A DNA stretch of 64,000 nucleotides from Callorhinchus milii. Taxonomy: Eukaryota. A program made the position numbers and the translations under genes. This document shows positions 1-15,399 of this stretch, in pieces; the first letter of the stretch is position 1, and each line of letters opens with the position of its first letter. The notes beneath the pieces are model-generated. The model did no database searches and had not been told where the DNA came from. It saw only the letters and a list, made by a program, of their open reading frames with translations. The stretch lies in the NCBI RefSeq assembly GCF_018977255.1, contig NW_024704743.1:101186001-101250000 (forward strand). The letters run 5' to 3'.

Positions 1-150
<150 letters not shown>

Positions 151-1459
151 TAACTGAACTGTGTGTGTGTGTGCCTTTTCAGGGAAATAACTTGGAATTT
201 TAGTAAGCCTATGTTATCCTGTTTACCTTAATGATCATTGTCCTCTTTGGCTGATTGCATAATTCAGAATGACTCACAGGATGCTTTAATGTGGTAATGA
301 TACTTGATGCTGTTAGCCTTCTTGTTAATATGGCAAAGAAGCAGAAATTTTGGTGATCTGTAGAGGCGGATAGTCTGTGAATATGAGGTATCCGAGCCAT
401 TGTACATTGCCAAAAAAAATTCTTGAAAGTATTTTTTCCATATGAGGAACAAAATGTTTGTTGTCAGGATGGATGAAATGGAATCTGGCCTTTTTCTTAA
501 TTTTAGGATTCCTACTGTGGTGCCCTGCATACTGTTTGTCCATGTCAATCGAGTATGCTGAGGTTGACTTGGATCAGGGATATTCCCCTTCTCAACCGTA
601 GTAAAATAATTTTGGTTTTCATTTTTCCCCGGGTATTTAAGGTATATTCTGACCTAGATATTTTTATGAAATGTGGTTGCTGTTTCACTTACACCATTGA
701 AAAAGGGGAACGGCAGCCTGCAATCCCCTCAGTTACATATACGTTTAAAATTAAACCTTGGGCTTTCCTGCTGACGTGCTTTTCATGAACTCAGTCATCA
801 GAATGCCGCAGTAACCACAGTGTAAAACAACGTTGCCAGGCATAGATCACTGAACTTCCTCTTTGAGAATCTGTAATCAACAATTACTGTTGAGTGAGTA
901 GTCCTGTGACACATCATATCTTTGGATACCTCACTTTACATTTTGATGCAGTATTTCCAATATTTTTGTTAAAAAGTTTGGTAACTGTTTTGGTGAGGTT
1001 ATATTGGATAATATTGCACAATTTTAGCTTATTAATGTCCAGGTTAATCCTGTTCAGATGGCTAAATCTCTTAAGATTGAGCATTCCATTGTAACTGCTG
1101 TAACATATTACATTATTTGAGCACTTGTACAACAGCATTGTAGTTCTGTTTTTCATATGTATAACGTGTGAGCAAAAGAATGAAAGGACAACAATGGTAA
1201 AATGGAAAATATACGATGCCACTTTGGTTTCTGTGGTTACCAATTTATTTTGGGGGGCCCAGGCCTGTACTTGTTTTTTTTTAAATGTTGTTCACAATAT
1301 TGTAAAAAAACAAATCTTGTTGATGGAGAGGTGGGAAAGTCAGACCAGGAGTTTCCGTACCTTCTGGGAATGGTGCCTGCAAAGGCTCAAGAACAGGTCA
1401 TCTATCTGTTATCTGGATGAAGGCAATTTGATTTTTTAATGTAACTAGTAAATTGATTT

Positions 1460-3210
1460 TCCACCACCCACTACCTCCTCCGTGGCAGGCATCCGCTAGG
1501 CAGCCTCATCCACCTGCCCCTTGTTACCCACCACCACACCCTCTCTGGCCCCCTCACCTTCCTCATCATCTCCTCCTACCACCACCCCCATTCTACATTC
1601 CTTCCTCCCCATCTCTCCCTCCTCCCTCTCACCCATCATCACCTCCATGAAACCCCACCACCTGCTGCCTCGACCCCCTCCCCACCAACTTACTGGTCAC
1701 CCAGCTCCCCATCCTCTGCCCACTACTGGCTGACGTCATCAACCAGTCCCTCTCCTCCAAATCAGTCCCTGCCCCCCTCAAAACTGCTGTCGTCACCTCC
1801 CTCCTGAAAATACCTTCCCTAGATCCCTCAAACCCCAGCCACTACCGCCCTATTTCTAACCTGCCCTTCCTCTCAAAAGTTCTAGAACGTGTTGTTGCCA
1901 ATCAACTTTGTGCAAACCTCTCCTCCCACTCCCTCTTCGAACCCCTCCAGTCCAGTTTCTGCCCTGCCCACAGTACAGAGACTGCGCTTGTAAAAGTCAC
2001 AAATGACATCCTCTCTATCTGTGACCAGGGCTCCCTCTGCCTCCTTGTCTTCCTGGACCTCTCTGCCGCGTCCGACACAGTCGAACACGCCATTCTCCTC
2101 CACCACCTTTCCTCTGTCATCCACCTCAGTGGGACCACACTCACCTGGTTCGAGTCCTACCTCACAAACCGCCAGCAATACATCTGCACAAACGGCTTCT
2201 CCTCCCGCTCTCACCCGGTCACTTGTGAGGTACCCCAAGGATCCATCCTTGGCCCCCTCCTCTTTCTGATCTATATGCTCCCTCTTGGGGATGTCATCCG
2301 CAGACATGGAGTACACTTCCACATGTATGCAGACGACATCCAACTCTATTTTTCCACCTCTCTTTGCGACCCCCAGTCCCCTGATGTTCTGTCAGCCTGC
2401 CTTTCAGATCTCAGGTTGGATAAGCGCAAATTTCCTTCAGCTGAACATTGACAAGAAGGAAGCCATACTCTTTGGCTTTTGTCAATGTTTAAAATCTCAC
2501 GGCTCTCACTTCCTCCACCTACCTGACCTCCCCCTAAAACTCTCTGAACCCGTATGCAACCTAAGTGCCAGGTTCAACCCCCCCCCCCAATTATCCTTCC
2601 TCCCCACATCCAGTCCCTCACCAGCACCGCCTTCTTCCACCTCCAACGCATCGCCCGTCTCCGCCAATACCTCTCCCCAAAAGCCGCTGAAACCCTGGTC
2701 CATACCTTTGTCACCTCTCAGCTGGACTATAACGCCCTCCTCCCCGGTCTCCCATCCACTACCATCCATAAAATCCAAATCATTCAAAATTCTGCCACCT
2801 GCAATCTCACCCGCACGAAACTCCGCTCCCCGATCACCCCAATCCTTGCCAGACTGCACTGGCTGTCTATCCCAGAGAGGATTGACCGAGATCCTCACCC
2901 TTGTATTCAAATCCCTCCACTCCTCTGCACTCCCCTACCTCTCTGACCTCCTCAAAACAGTGCCTGCTCCACCCTCGGCGGCCGTGCCTTCAGCCACTAC
3001 ACCCCGAGGCTCTGGAACTCCCTTCCTCACTCCCTTTGCCTCGCTCCCTCTCTTCCTATTTTCAGGTCTCTGCTGAAGACCTTTCTTTTCGACCGCACCT
3101 TTGGCCACCTTCCTCCCCCTCCCCCTGGCTCGGTCCCGGGACCCATTACTGTGAAGCGCTCTGAGACGCCGTCCGGTGTGGAGGGCACTATATAAATTCA
3201 AGTTGTTGTT
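1460..3210 (+). mobile_element. 5'-truncated, frameshifted L2-clade LINE (RT domain to 3' tail)
   Basis: C-rich; RT motifs [49 protein letters not shown]; 3' stem-loop AGCGCTCT...GAGGGCACT and (GTT)n tail ending ~52 bp before the exon 3 acceptor; start approximate. Confidence 0.9.
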
Positions 3211-3262
3211 TTCAGATTTTCCTTTGTTTAGTAACAGTTTCATTTTAAAATATTTTTGATAG

Positions 3263-3392
3263 GGTTTTGCTTGAATCACGGCGCAAGTCAAAGAAGATAA
3301 CAGCAAGAGGGATCTGTGCTGGTGCACGAGTGGTTCGCGGAGTGGACTGGCAGTGGGAGGACCAAGATGGAGGCAATGGTCGGAGAGGAAAG
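3263..3392 (+). CDS. mib1: mib1 exon 3 equivalent; second Mib-Herc2 domain start
   Basis: tag|G acceptor; (R)[43 protein letters not shown]; donor AAG|GTGAGA; 130 bp, phase matches previous exon. Confidence 0.97.
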
Positions 3393-3917
3393 GTGAGATC
3401 TGTTTTAGCAATAAGTATTTGTGAATTGGAATTTAATATAGTTGAACAGCTGCAGTATTGATTGATCTCGCCTTCAGCACCTCCGGGTTGTACAAATTAT
3501 CCTTTTTCGGAATTCTTACAATTATGAAAGACAATATTGTTAAATGCTTGTTTTCCTATGTCTATTTAAAACCTACACTTATTTTTCTTCTGAGTAATTC
3601 AGTTGTGGGGCGACCAGAAATCACAGTGGGCAGTTGAGAGAACTGTGATCAGCAGCTCAAATAGTATGCAAATATAATGGGTCTTTCAACAGAAGATCAA
3701 CAAAGACAGGTTAGCATTCTGTGTATGACATCTGGTGCAGGGTCCTGCCTGAAGCTTCAGTTCAATCCTTCTCTTTTAGATGCTGATTGATTTGCTGTGG
3801 ATCATTTGTAGTCTTTGTAATGTTTTCTACTTGCATATGCTGAAAGTTAATTGTGTTAAGTGGTAATGATAATTAAGTGGTAATGATATGTTGCTTGATG
3901 GTTTGGTTACACTGCAC

Positions 3918-4450
3918 CAACAACAACAACAAGTTTCCATTTATTGAGCGCCTTTCACGTTGGGAGGACGTCCCAAGGCGCTGTACAGTTGGGTCAGGAC
4001 CCGAACAAGGGAGAAATGGTCAGGGTGAGGGGAGGGAAGGGAGGGAGCGAGGAGGGGGTAGAGAGTCGAGAGGGGAGCTGAAGGCACGGTCAAAGAGAAA
4101 GGTCTTGAGACCGGCCTTGAAGGAGGAAAGGAAGGAGGCGGCGAAGGCACTGGGGGATGGAGTTCCAGAGCCTCGGGGCAAGAGGTATGACACTACAATA
4201 CAAATTTACATATCGCTTTCCATGTTGGGAGGACACCCCAAGGCACTGGACAGTTCAAGGTTTGCAATTGAGCTGGGGAAGCAGGGCGAGTGATGGAGGG
4301 GAGCGGAGGGAGCAGCCGGGTTGGTACAATTTGAGGAAGTTGCAGAAGGAGGATAGGAGACATGGAGGGAATTAAAGGTGGGAATGAGGATCTTGAACTC
4401 AATCCTTTGGGGGATGGCAAGCCAGTCGAGCTGGCCGAGGAGCCTGGTGT
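3918..4450 (-). mobile_element. Two tandem L2 3'-end fragments
   Basis: (CAA)n tail at 3918 followed by reverse-complement L2 3' UTR; second tail-bearing piece from ~4190. Confidence 0.8.
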
Positions 4451-6461
4451 AGGAAAGTCATGGGAAAGTTACTGCTAATGGATCCATTGTGTGCTGTAGG
4501 TGTTTGATGCTATACTTTGAAAATTCTCCAAGTGAGTTTCAAAGTTTAAAAAAAAGTTAACTATTGACTTGTATTCCTGACCAAGATATGTGGTTTGAAG
4601 TTTCTTTTTTGCTAACTGCTTTTTTGTAAGTGGAAACTCCTGCGTTTTGCAGTCCTTTTTGTATTTTCCATGTAGCAATTTTATAGGTAACTGCCTGCTG
4701 CTAATATGCTAAGTACAATTTATCTAAATGTTTGATGCTAAGAACCAAGTAACTGCAGTACTTTTATTAGAATTTGAGAATAAATCTATCAGATTATTGA
4801 AATTTTCCTTAATTGATTAATGCATTCGTGCCCAGTATAATTCAAAATAATGTTGGCTACGAAGGACATAACCAGTCAATTCTCTCGATGTAGAGGAAGA
4901 TTGTCTTGGCATTGGACTGAATGTAGTTTTGAATCTCAGCTCAGGCTAGTTTTTAATTCCTTTCTTATTTAAAACTTGCTAAGGCTTTTTCTTTGTGTGG
5001 GTTAAAAGCATTAACCATTTCCTCACATCTTGTTTGCAGACACTAAAGGTGAGGAAATATTTTCTTAAGCATGCAGGATATCTCACCTGTATATGCAAAC
5101 CAAATGACTATGATGTAGCTATGAAAATGTACTAATGTTTGAAGTTGAGTGAATGATGATTATAAAGCAGCTTCTGTAAAAGTACAACTTTAATAACACG
5201 TGAGTAACAGCAGCGATGCCTACTTGCTAAAATCTTGAGTGTTGGGTGAAAGAGAAATGTTTGAGGGAAGGGATTGGAATTCATTTCTTAGGAGAAATAG
5301 GTCTTCCTTTCCACACCAAGTCTCTGGAAATACTCTTTCTCATAGTATATTTTTATGTTGACATATTTGCAGTTGAGAATTAAGAAAGCTGAACTGCAGT
5401 AGGACCATCTGAGGGTAGCCCCTCCTGAACCCAGTGCTAATGCCAGTTAAATGGTTATTGCTGTCTGTAAGCTTGTTGAGAGAATGAACACCATTGCAAT
5501 ATCTTTTGATACTCATTGTGTTGATTTTGTCTGCAAAATTGGAGTAGGGTTGATTTGCTTTGATTTGAAATTAAAATGCTGAATTATCCAAGCATAATTA
5601 ATTTAATGTAAAAATACTGAACAAGCACGATTGATAAAAGCAACATAGCATCTACTGAAGGTGGCTATTGAGATTAAATTCATGTTTGCAGTTCTTTAGA
5701 TCTTGTGAATCCTGTTCAAGAATAGAAAATTCAAAAACCCTGCTCATAAAACATTCCTCAATAAATAAAAATCATTGTACAGATACATTTTCTATTTTGG
5801 GGATTGTTATTTTTTAAATCAAGTTAGAAAAACATCTGCATTTGCATAGTATGTTTGGTACTATTAGTGAACAATAAGATTTACAGATCATGGTAATACA
5901 GTGCAGCTCTATTATACCATGAAATTTAGTAATGCAGTAGCAAAATGGACCCCATTTTGTTGTACATACATGCAGTTTATCTGCTCGGTTCCCGCAGGAC
6001 AACAACCAGTTCTCATGCTAAAATGGCCAATTCTTGGGATGTTAGGATGCCACAATATCCTTTCCTGTGTTGGCAAACTGTTGACCTCAAAGTCTCTGTT
6101 TTTGTTTAGGATGGGAACCAACCAGTGAGCATAGGATGAAGCAGCTGTCTGTGATTACCTAGTGAAACTGACTATCCCAGCAATGAAGATTCCCTACTTG
6201 TTTTTTGCAAAAAGTGTTTTAGAAACATGCTACGTAGTTTGGCCTTGTTATACTGCCCATCTTTAAAGCGTAAATTTGTTTGCAACATGTTGCAATGGAC
6301 ATATGTAGTCGACTAATGCATGCCCAGTGAAACGGGCTTTCCCACCTTTTTAGAATTTGTGATTGGAATTTTATGGATCCCAATCCTCGCATTACAACTG
6401 AGCATACTGTGTTTTGAAAGTTCTTGTTTTTAATAATCATTATTCATGCCTTTGGTATAAT

Positions 6462-6862
6462 GCCTTTCGTGTCAAGTGAACATCTCAAAGCGCTTCTTAG
6501 GATAGACTGTGAAATGGTCTTACTGTATTTTATGGATAAACACGGCAGCCAATTTGTGTAAACCAATGTTGCCCAAACCGCCATGATATGAATGACCAAT
6601 TTTATTTTGGAAATCGTTAGCCAGCTCACCAGGAGAAACTCTTCTCTTCGAATACTGCCGTGTGATTTTTAAAGTCCACTTGAACAGGCAGATAGGGCCT
6701 CAATTTAACACCTCATCCAAAGGAAGGCAGATGCAGCAATGCAGCACACCTCCCACCACTGCATTGGAGTGTCAGCATAGATATGGGTTCCAAGTCCCAA
6801 CATGGAGTTCGAACCTGTAATCTTCTTCCGAGGCGAGAGTGCTTCTAACTGAGCCAGGCTAA
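6462..6862 (-). mobile_element. Old tRNA-derived Deu-domain SINE
   Basis: Degenerate GGCAGCCAATTTG Deu core, tRNA-like A/B boxes at ~6805-6860, L2-like tail; bounds approximate. Confidence 0.6.
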
Positions 6863-7034
6863 CGCACATTTTTCAGAACATTCATAAAGTGTTTACAAAC
6901 TAAACAAACAATTTAATTTTATATACCCTACAAACTATTTGGTTTTACAAATGGTTATTTAGGTACCGGAACTAATAAGTGCTCTTGACAGTGTTTGTTG
7001 TACCTTGTTATGATGTGGGTGTTTTATTTTGTAG

Positions 7035-7163
<129 letters not shown>

Positions 7164-9564
7164 TGAGCATAATGTGAGTGTGTGTGTGTCTGTGGTGGGG
7201 GAGTGGGGTGTAGGGTGCTCTATTGTATTAATTGATACACTCACTGATTGGAAAGTGTTCTTTCTGTTGTTGGCTAGTCACATTACAAATAAATTACCTT
7301 TTGGTTTGAAAATGTGAAGCTTATGGTTAAAAATACAATTTGTTTTGTGAAGCCCACGTTCAAACTTGAAATGGACTGCAGCTGTTTTAAATAACAATTC
7401 CATAGGAAAATCTCCAGGAGCGACTGGAGCAAGCAAGTCTGTGCAGATCTGGTTCTGCCTCTGGCTTGTGCATTGAAGATCCATTGCACACATTGAGTGA
7501 GAATAACATTGCTCTCCAATATATACGTTTGTTCACACATTGGTTCACAAGTGAATTTACTCATTTTGATTAATAATGTGAAATTGTTATTAATTATTTT
7601 AATCATGAAAGTTAAACAATAACTTGCAATTCCATCATGCCCTTCATGCCGGATGGCGTCTCTGAATGCTTAAGCGACTTAACATGATAACATAGGAATT
7701 GCAAATAAAATACAAGATACTTTAAAGATAAAATGAGCACACTGGAGTCATTCTGTTGTGAACAAAATTGTCATTTTAAATACTGAGCTTCTGCGAATCG
7801 TCTTTCCAACAAAAAAGATGATACTGAAACAAACAGCACTGTTGTAAAAAGAAGTCTAGAATAGCTATATTACTGTATTATTAACTGTGCACCTCAAACA
7901 CTTAAAGCATAATTTTAGGTACAATTTTCTTTGTCCTTCCCCTAATTTGAACTAACTACCTGAAATGGGAGCCATTTGTACAAAGCTATATTTTGATTTG
8001 CTTGAAACTGCCAGTTTGAATGCAGTGGCTTCATGTTTGAGGTAGCTGCATCTTTTGAATACACTAGAAAACAGTTAGCTTCTCAAGAGTTTCAGATTTT
8101 GTTTTGCCTTCTGCAGACATGTTTTCTTTCTTTCCAACGGTTATATGGTCTCCTCACTTCCCATAAACTTCCTGTTTGAGAGGTTAGGCAAATTGCCTGT
8201 GCCAATGCTTTTGTACAAAATTGCTAACATTGACGTAATGTGCTGCATGCTTGGCTGTGTATAAGAGCGGCTGATGGTAGCTGGATAGCATCTGTTTAGC
8301 AATTGCCTGCAGCATCATAAATAGGATTGGTTGCAAAGGAGACTGATACTGCTCGTTGCCTTGAATTGCAGTTCCAGTGTGCGGCCACACTGTATTTCAG
8401 TGCTAATTTCTTCATTGATATTTTAATTGATTTTTTGGGTGCAGTGATGGCATATACTTGCATCCCATCTATTTATTGTCAGGTCTTGTGAACACCAAGC
8501 CTAAGCCCAATGGTTCTGAATTTTTTTTAGGCAATAGATTGCTGTGTCAGTAAATTGCTGTGCTATGAGCTGTTTAGGGAATAGGTGTGTGCAGTCGTTG
8601 TGATGAAACTCTCTAGAATTAACTCAAGTAGAGCCCAAGGTAATTTCTCATTTATTTTTGGCATCTTATGGTAGTCACCAAGAGTGTTTTTGTGGAATTA
8701 TGGATTGTTACCAATACAATGAGATGGCCAGACTGATTTAAGATTGGGTAAGTTTGTTCATTCCCCATAATGCGATTATACTCCAGAGCATTGCTGTCCA
8801 ACCCAAATTGACAAATGGCCACTGAGTGACAAAAATGGCCACTTTATATTTAAAAAGGACTCATTGCTAAAAAGGCAATACATACAGAACATCATACATA
8901 TATACTTCTATATTGTTTTGCACATTTTTATACACTGCATATGCTCTTTTAGTACTGCACATAAGCAGCAGTGGGTTTTTCTATGCAACAATACATTTTC
9001 AATAGCAACAATTTTACTTTCATCAACCAACTGAAATGGTAATACTGCATCATATGTCTACGCACATAACGACACAGTATAAATTGATTCAGATTACACC
9101 ATAGAAAAGGAAGGAAACTGTTACGTCTCGGGTGCATCCAGCCAATCAGGAACAGGCATGGACTAAGCAGAGTACGTGCTCCTGATGTGACTATATAACA
9201 ATAAAGCTGTACTTTAACGTACAAAAAAATGCACATCAGATCACGTGAAGTAAGTGATTTTGCATTTAGTTTGAATGGAATAAATGGAGCATATTGCCGT
9301 CACCAGATGTGAATAAGATACTGTTTCTGCTGGATTTCTGAGGCTGGAATGTAGAAATGCTTTCCTTCAAACGTGATTATTGAAACTTGAATGTCCAAGA
9401 TACATTATTTCCATTCCCAAGTTTACTGAAGTAATATGGAAAGCGAGTTCTGTTTGTCAATCCATATTTTCAGGTGTGACGCGTGAAAGTAATTCTGGAG
9501 GTTGTATATAACCTATGGTATATTTGAATGATTATACAGTTTTTTTTCCCTCCCTTTCAACTAG

Positions 9565-9732
<168 letters not shown>

Positions 9733-11858
9733 TGATGAGATGAACAAGACTTAGTGAAATTATCTTGCAACCTAAGTGAAATCATTTGACCCTCCTCAAA
9801 ACAGTTTCATGTTGAATGTATTTCACATCACAACTGCCTTTTCTTTGAATTGAAGTAAGTAGGGACTTGCGTTTGGGGTGCCATAAATTAGTGCATCGGA
9901 TTGCTTTGCTTTATATTGTTGTTTTTATTTTGAACAATATTGACCATAGCACTTTGGGTATCTTTTCATCCATAATCAGCTAAAATCCAGTAGATTTATT
10001 TTTCACAAGATTTTAAGGTCAGTAGTATAGAAAAAGAATGTGGATCTGAGCAAGGCAGGAGGTGTAGGCTCGTGAAGCAATGGACATGGCTGCAGAGCTC
10101 TGGATGCTACATTGCAGAATATAATTTCAGAATCAAAAGTTTTGTGGGAGGAGGAGATCTTAGAGGATTCCTTAGTTTTAGATAAATGCTATTTGTTTCT
10201 TTTAAGTGAAAAATGTGATCAAAGTTTATTTTGGACACAATCGATGCGTTTTTTGTGATATTAAATCCAGTAAAATAAAAATCAGAAAAGTGTAACTCAA
10301 AGGAAGTGCTCTTTTAAAGTTTGGCAAATCTCTGTTCCTTATCCAGAATCCCAAATCAAGGGTTTATTTTGTTTAATTTTTGCTTAACGAATTTGCTCCT
10401 CCGTGTCTCCCGAATGCACCATTTTTTCTGTCTCAAGGGGCATGGAACATGGATAACACTGGGTGTGCTCCAGGTCAGAGTAGGTTAGGGAGGGGAAATT
10501 CAGCAGATATTGCAGATTGTGGACAATTGCGAAGTGGGCAAGTACCATCTTGTGAAGAGGAAATGTAGTGCATTCCAATGAATGCATCTTCAACTGTCTT
10601 AACTTATTAGTTCTTCAGCCCTGTCCCTTCACTACTTAGAAATGAAAAGGAAATAAATGTCAAGAAAAAGCAAAGATCTGGTATTTTTCAGTATCGTAGA
10701 CTTTGATTTGAAAAACAAAATCAAATTTATTTTGTGAAAACAAGCTTTGTTACAGGAACGGGAACTTCTGTTTTAGATTCTCAAATCTGTTGATGACTAC
10801 TTAACCAAGGAGCTGTAGAAATTCTTGCTCCACCCCAACAACAATGAGTCTCTGTTTCAGACTCACTGAAGTTTAACAATTAGCGATCGCTAATTATCAT
10901 TGGATTATCTCTACCTCTACACCCTCTCGCTCTGATCTTCATGAATGCACCCCTCCCCTTTGCTCACTGTCCTGCTCCATGTGCCCTGGCTCCCCTCTCT
11001 GTGCAACCATCAGTGGCCAAGCCTTTTGTCGCTGTGTCCCTAATCTTTGCAACTGGCTGCCTCTATCCCTTTGCCTTCTTTTCCTGTCTTTAAATTCCAT
11101 TTTAAAACCAGCTACTCAACTTCTCCCTTGCTCAGCACTGCACACCACTGTGAAACTCTTTGAGACATGAAGGGCATGTTATTGCATTTGATATTGAGCT
11201 TATATCTCCCAAACTTCTGAGTTTCACAGGGTATTTGCTTTATTGACTGCATATTTGTAGGCAGCCACAGCAGCCACTTCCATAATATAACCTTAATTAA
11301 ACCAAAATCCAGATGCAGTGGTTCCAACCACAACCAAAGGCAAATTGTCAGGCTCCTTTGGCAAGTAGCAAAAATCTGACCAAATTTTTAATATTTAGCA
11401 AATCCTGTTCATCAGTGTGATCAAATGCTACATTAAATTCAGCACTTTATGAATTTAGTCACCTAAATCAGTTTCAATTTTATTCATCTTGGAAGTAGTT
11501 AATATTGGAAATTAAGTAGCAGTTAATGATACAGACATGTATACTTTATTCTCATGAGATCATTTCTGGGCATTCATCAGATTTATTTTAAAGTTTTACT
11601 CCAAGATACAGTGAAACTGATAACTCGACACCCCAAGGGAAATAGCTCAAATGACTGCATACCAGAGTTGACTTATAATCTAAAGTACAGAATCTTGAAA
11701 ATACAAAGTACTTGAATAACCAAGATATTGAGTGAGTGTCTAGTTATGTGGGGTTGATGATTTATCCTAGGGGTGAGTTATCAGAGTTTCACTGTATTGC
11801 AACATGGCTAACTTTTATTATGGTTAAGGTAAAAATATAATTTTGTGGCTTTCACTGA

Positions 11859-12086
<228 letters not shown>

Positions 12087-12171
12087 TAAGTAGCAAAATG
12101 GCTCAAAAATGAAATGCAAAACTGCATTGATAGAGAGAAGGACCCTTGAAGTGTTTGTATCAAGCTTCTGA

Positions 12172-12426
<255 letters not shown>

Positions 12427-12834
12427 TGAAGAATCTTGTTTTACATTGGCTAAATGAATGGACCCCCCCCTCCATGATCTTATTTGGTTCAAAAGAACTG
12501 TCGATTTTTCTTCAAAATCTTTCAACAATAAACCATCAGTCGCATCTCTTTTTAACATGGCATCTCTGGCTTATTTTCTCATCTATGGAAGCATTATTTT
12601 GTACTTGTAAATAAGCTAATTTGATAAAATATTCACTGCCCAACTATGTCATTATGTACTACAGCTATTTTATAATCCGTCTTTTGAAGAAGCATAGAAA
12701 TAAAATGTTATGCATATAACCCTGTACTGTATCAACTTAGTTGGCAATTCTAATTGAAAATCTTCTTGTTTCATTGGACAGTTTGTCAATGAGAATCTGA
12801 AAAGTGCTGGTATTTAGATATAAATACTATACTC

Positions 12835-14502
12835 CTTCGACTCCCTCCTCCCTCACCACGACAGTCCGCAAACTCAAACCCACCACCTCCCTCGATCCCA
12901 TCCCTACCTCTCTCCTCATCTCCCAGTTCCACCTTCCAGCCACTCACCTGTCCGAGTCATCAACCTCTTCTTGTCCACCGGTTCAGTTCCCACCCCCCTA
13001 AAAACAGCCGTCATCACCCCCATCCTGAAAAAAACCTTCCCTGGATCCATCCCTCCTCTCCAACTTCCGCCCCATCTCTAACCTCCCATTCCTCTCCAAG
13101 GTCCTGGAACGAGTCGTCGCATCCCAGCTCCGTTCCTTTCTCTCTCGCCATTCCCTCTTTGAACCCCTCCAATCCGGCTTCCGCGCTGCCCACAGCACGG
13201 AAACAGCCCTGGTCAAAGTCACTAATGACATTCTGAACATCTGTGATCAGGGCTCCCTCTGCCTCCTTGTCCTCCTCGACCTTTCTGCCGCCTTCGACAC
13301 TGTCGACCACTCCATCCTCATACACCGCCTCTCCGCTTTACTTAATCTTCACGGACCTGCCCTTGCCTGGTTCGATTCCTATCTCTCTCATCGTCTCCAC
13401 TTTGTTGCCGCTAACGGTTTCTCCTCCAGCCCCCGCACTGTCACGTCTGGCGTCCCCCAGGGCTCTGTCCTTGGCCCTCTCCTCTTTAATATCTACATGC
13501 TCCCCCTCGGTGACATCATCCGCAGACATGGGGTCAACTTCCACATGTATGCGGATGACACCCAACTCTATCTTTCTGCCTCCACCCTCAATTCCAGGAC
13601 CACTGCTGTCCTGACAGACTGCCTGTCGGACATCAAGTCCTGGATGAGGGCAAATTTCCTACAGTTGAATGTGAACAAGACTGAGGCCCTCCTGATTGGC
13701 TCACGCCAGCGCCTCAGCACCTCAGGCTCCGGCAACACCAACCCCCATGGTTACACACTACAACTCACCAAGTCAGTCAGGAACCCAGGTTTCTTGTTCG
13801 ACCCTCAACTGTCTTTTCTTCCCCACATCCAAGCCATGACCCGTTCTGCCTTCCCTCACCTCTGTAACATCGCCAGATTCCGCCACTACCTCACCCCTCA
13901 GGCCACTGAAACTTTTGTTCGTGCCTTCATCACCTCTAGGCTCGACTATGCAAATGCCCTGCTTGTCGGCCTTCCCAACTCCTCCCTCCACAGGCTACAG
14001 ATAATCCAGAACTCTGCAGCCCGTGTCCTCTCCCGCACCAAACTCCATGACCCCATCTCCCCCACTCTGCCCGACTCCACTGGCTCCCTATCCTTCAGAG
14101 GATCCAGTTCAAGATCCTGGTCCTCACATACAAAGCCCTCCATGGCCTCGCCCCACCCTACCTCTGCAACCTCCTAATCCCCTACCAATCCGCCTGTTCC
14201 CTCCGCTCAGCCGTCTCTGGCCTGCTCCACATACCCGGCCCCACCATTGGCGGGAGAGCCTTCAGCCACTCTGCTCCCAACCTCTGGAATTCCATCCCCC
14301 AGTCACTCCACCTCGCCCCCTCTTTAGCCTCCTTCAAGTCCCGCCTCAAGACCCTCTTCTTCAACCATGCCATCGGCCACCCCCCTTCCCCTCCCCTTCC
14401 CCCCCCGACCCCAGCTCAGGTCTGAAATGCTGTACTCTGTCCAGCGCCTTGGGATGTCCTCCCAATGTGAAAGGCGCTATACAAATGTAATGTTGTTGTT
14501 GT
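12835..14502 (+). mobile_element. 5'-truncated L2-clade LINE (RT domain to 3' tail)
   Basis: [65 protein letters not shown]; stem-loop tail CAGCGCCTTGGGATGTCCTCCCAATGTGAAAGGCGCTAT then (TGT)n. Confidence 0.92.
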
Positions 14503-14685
14503 ATAAGGAAGGTGCTTCATTGGCAGTTTCAGCTGCTGTCAGGGTGTTTGGTGGTTGTTAAATGTTAGCAACTCTGCATAAGCAACGTAAAACCTTTCTA
14601 CCACACGATGTTGAGTCAGTTGGTTACAGATGCAATTGGAGATTATCCAAGTATAGAATTGTTTGTTACACTTTTATTTGCATAG

Positions 14686-14844
<159 letters not shown>

Positions 14845-15399
14845 TGAACTGGCCTTGTTGTCCATTTTTCTTTTTTTGACTTATTAATATTGCGCATTCG
14901 GTGCTGGTGTCGAGTTGGTGTTCCAACGGCCTGGAAATTGTTCACGTTTAGTGCAGAATGGGCAAGCCTGCACCAAGCGAACTGACAAGCTGCATGCTTG
15001 TGGAGTGAATGGGATCCACATGCAAACATGTTGCAACAGTAAAACATGTTTGATCTCTTCTATTGCTTTGTTTTTCCTCATAAACAGGTTTGCTAGGAAA
15101 TAATTTTCTTTGTAACTAAAAAATGTTTTGGGGGCCAGACGGGTATCCAAAAATCTCCAAAGCAAACTTCGGAGTGTTCCAGCTATGCATGGAAATTTCT
15201 GCTTAGAATCCAGTGTGCATTCCCCAGGAGGAATGCACCCTGCTCACCAAAATTTGGAAGGTAATAGGTGCAAGTTTGTTTGTTTGCTTGGAGGCACCAG
15301 AGTGTTCATTGGCATACTGATGGAGTTCAACAAGCTAAAACAGTGCAGGTTACTATTGCAATCACTGTCTCACATTTGGGTTCAAGCCCCATGTTAGGA

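Noticed and set aside
2285..3076. 263-aa ORF and other long ORFs in repeats (13497-14177, 49847-50311)
   Set aside because: Frameshifted or off-frame pieces of L2/CR1 ORF2; no intact autonomous element
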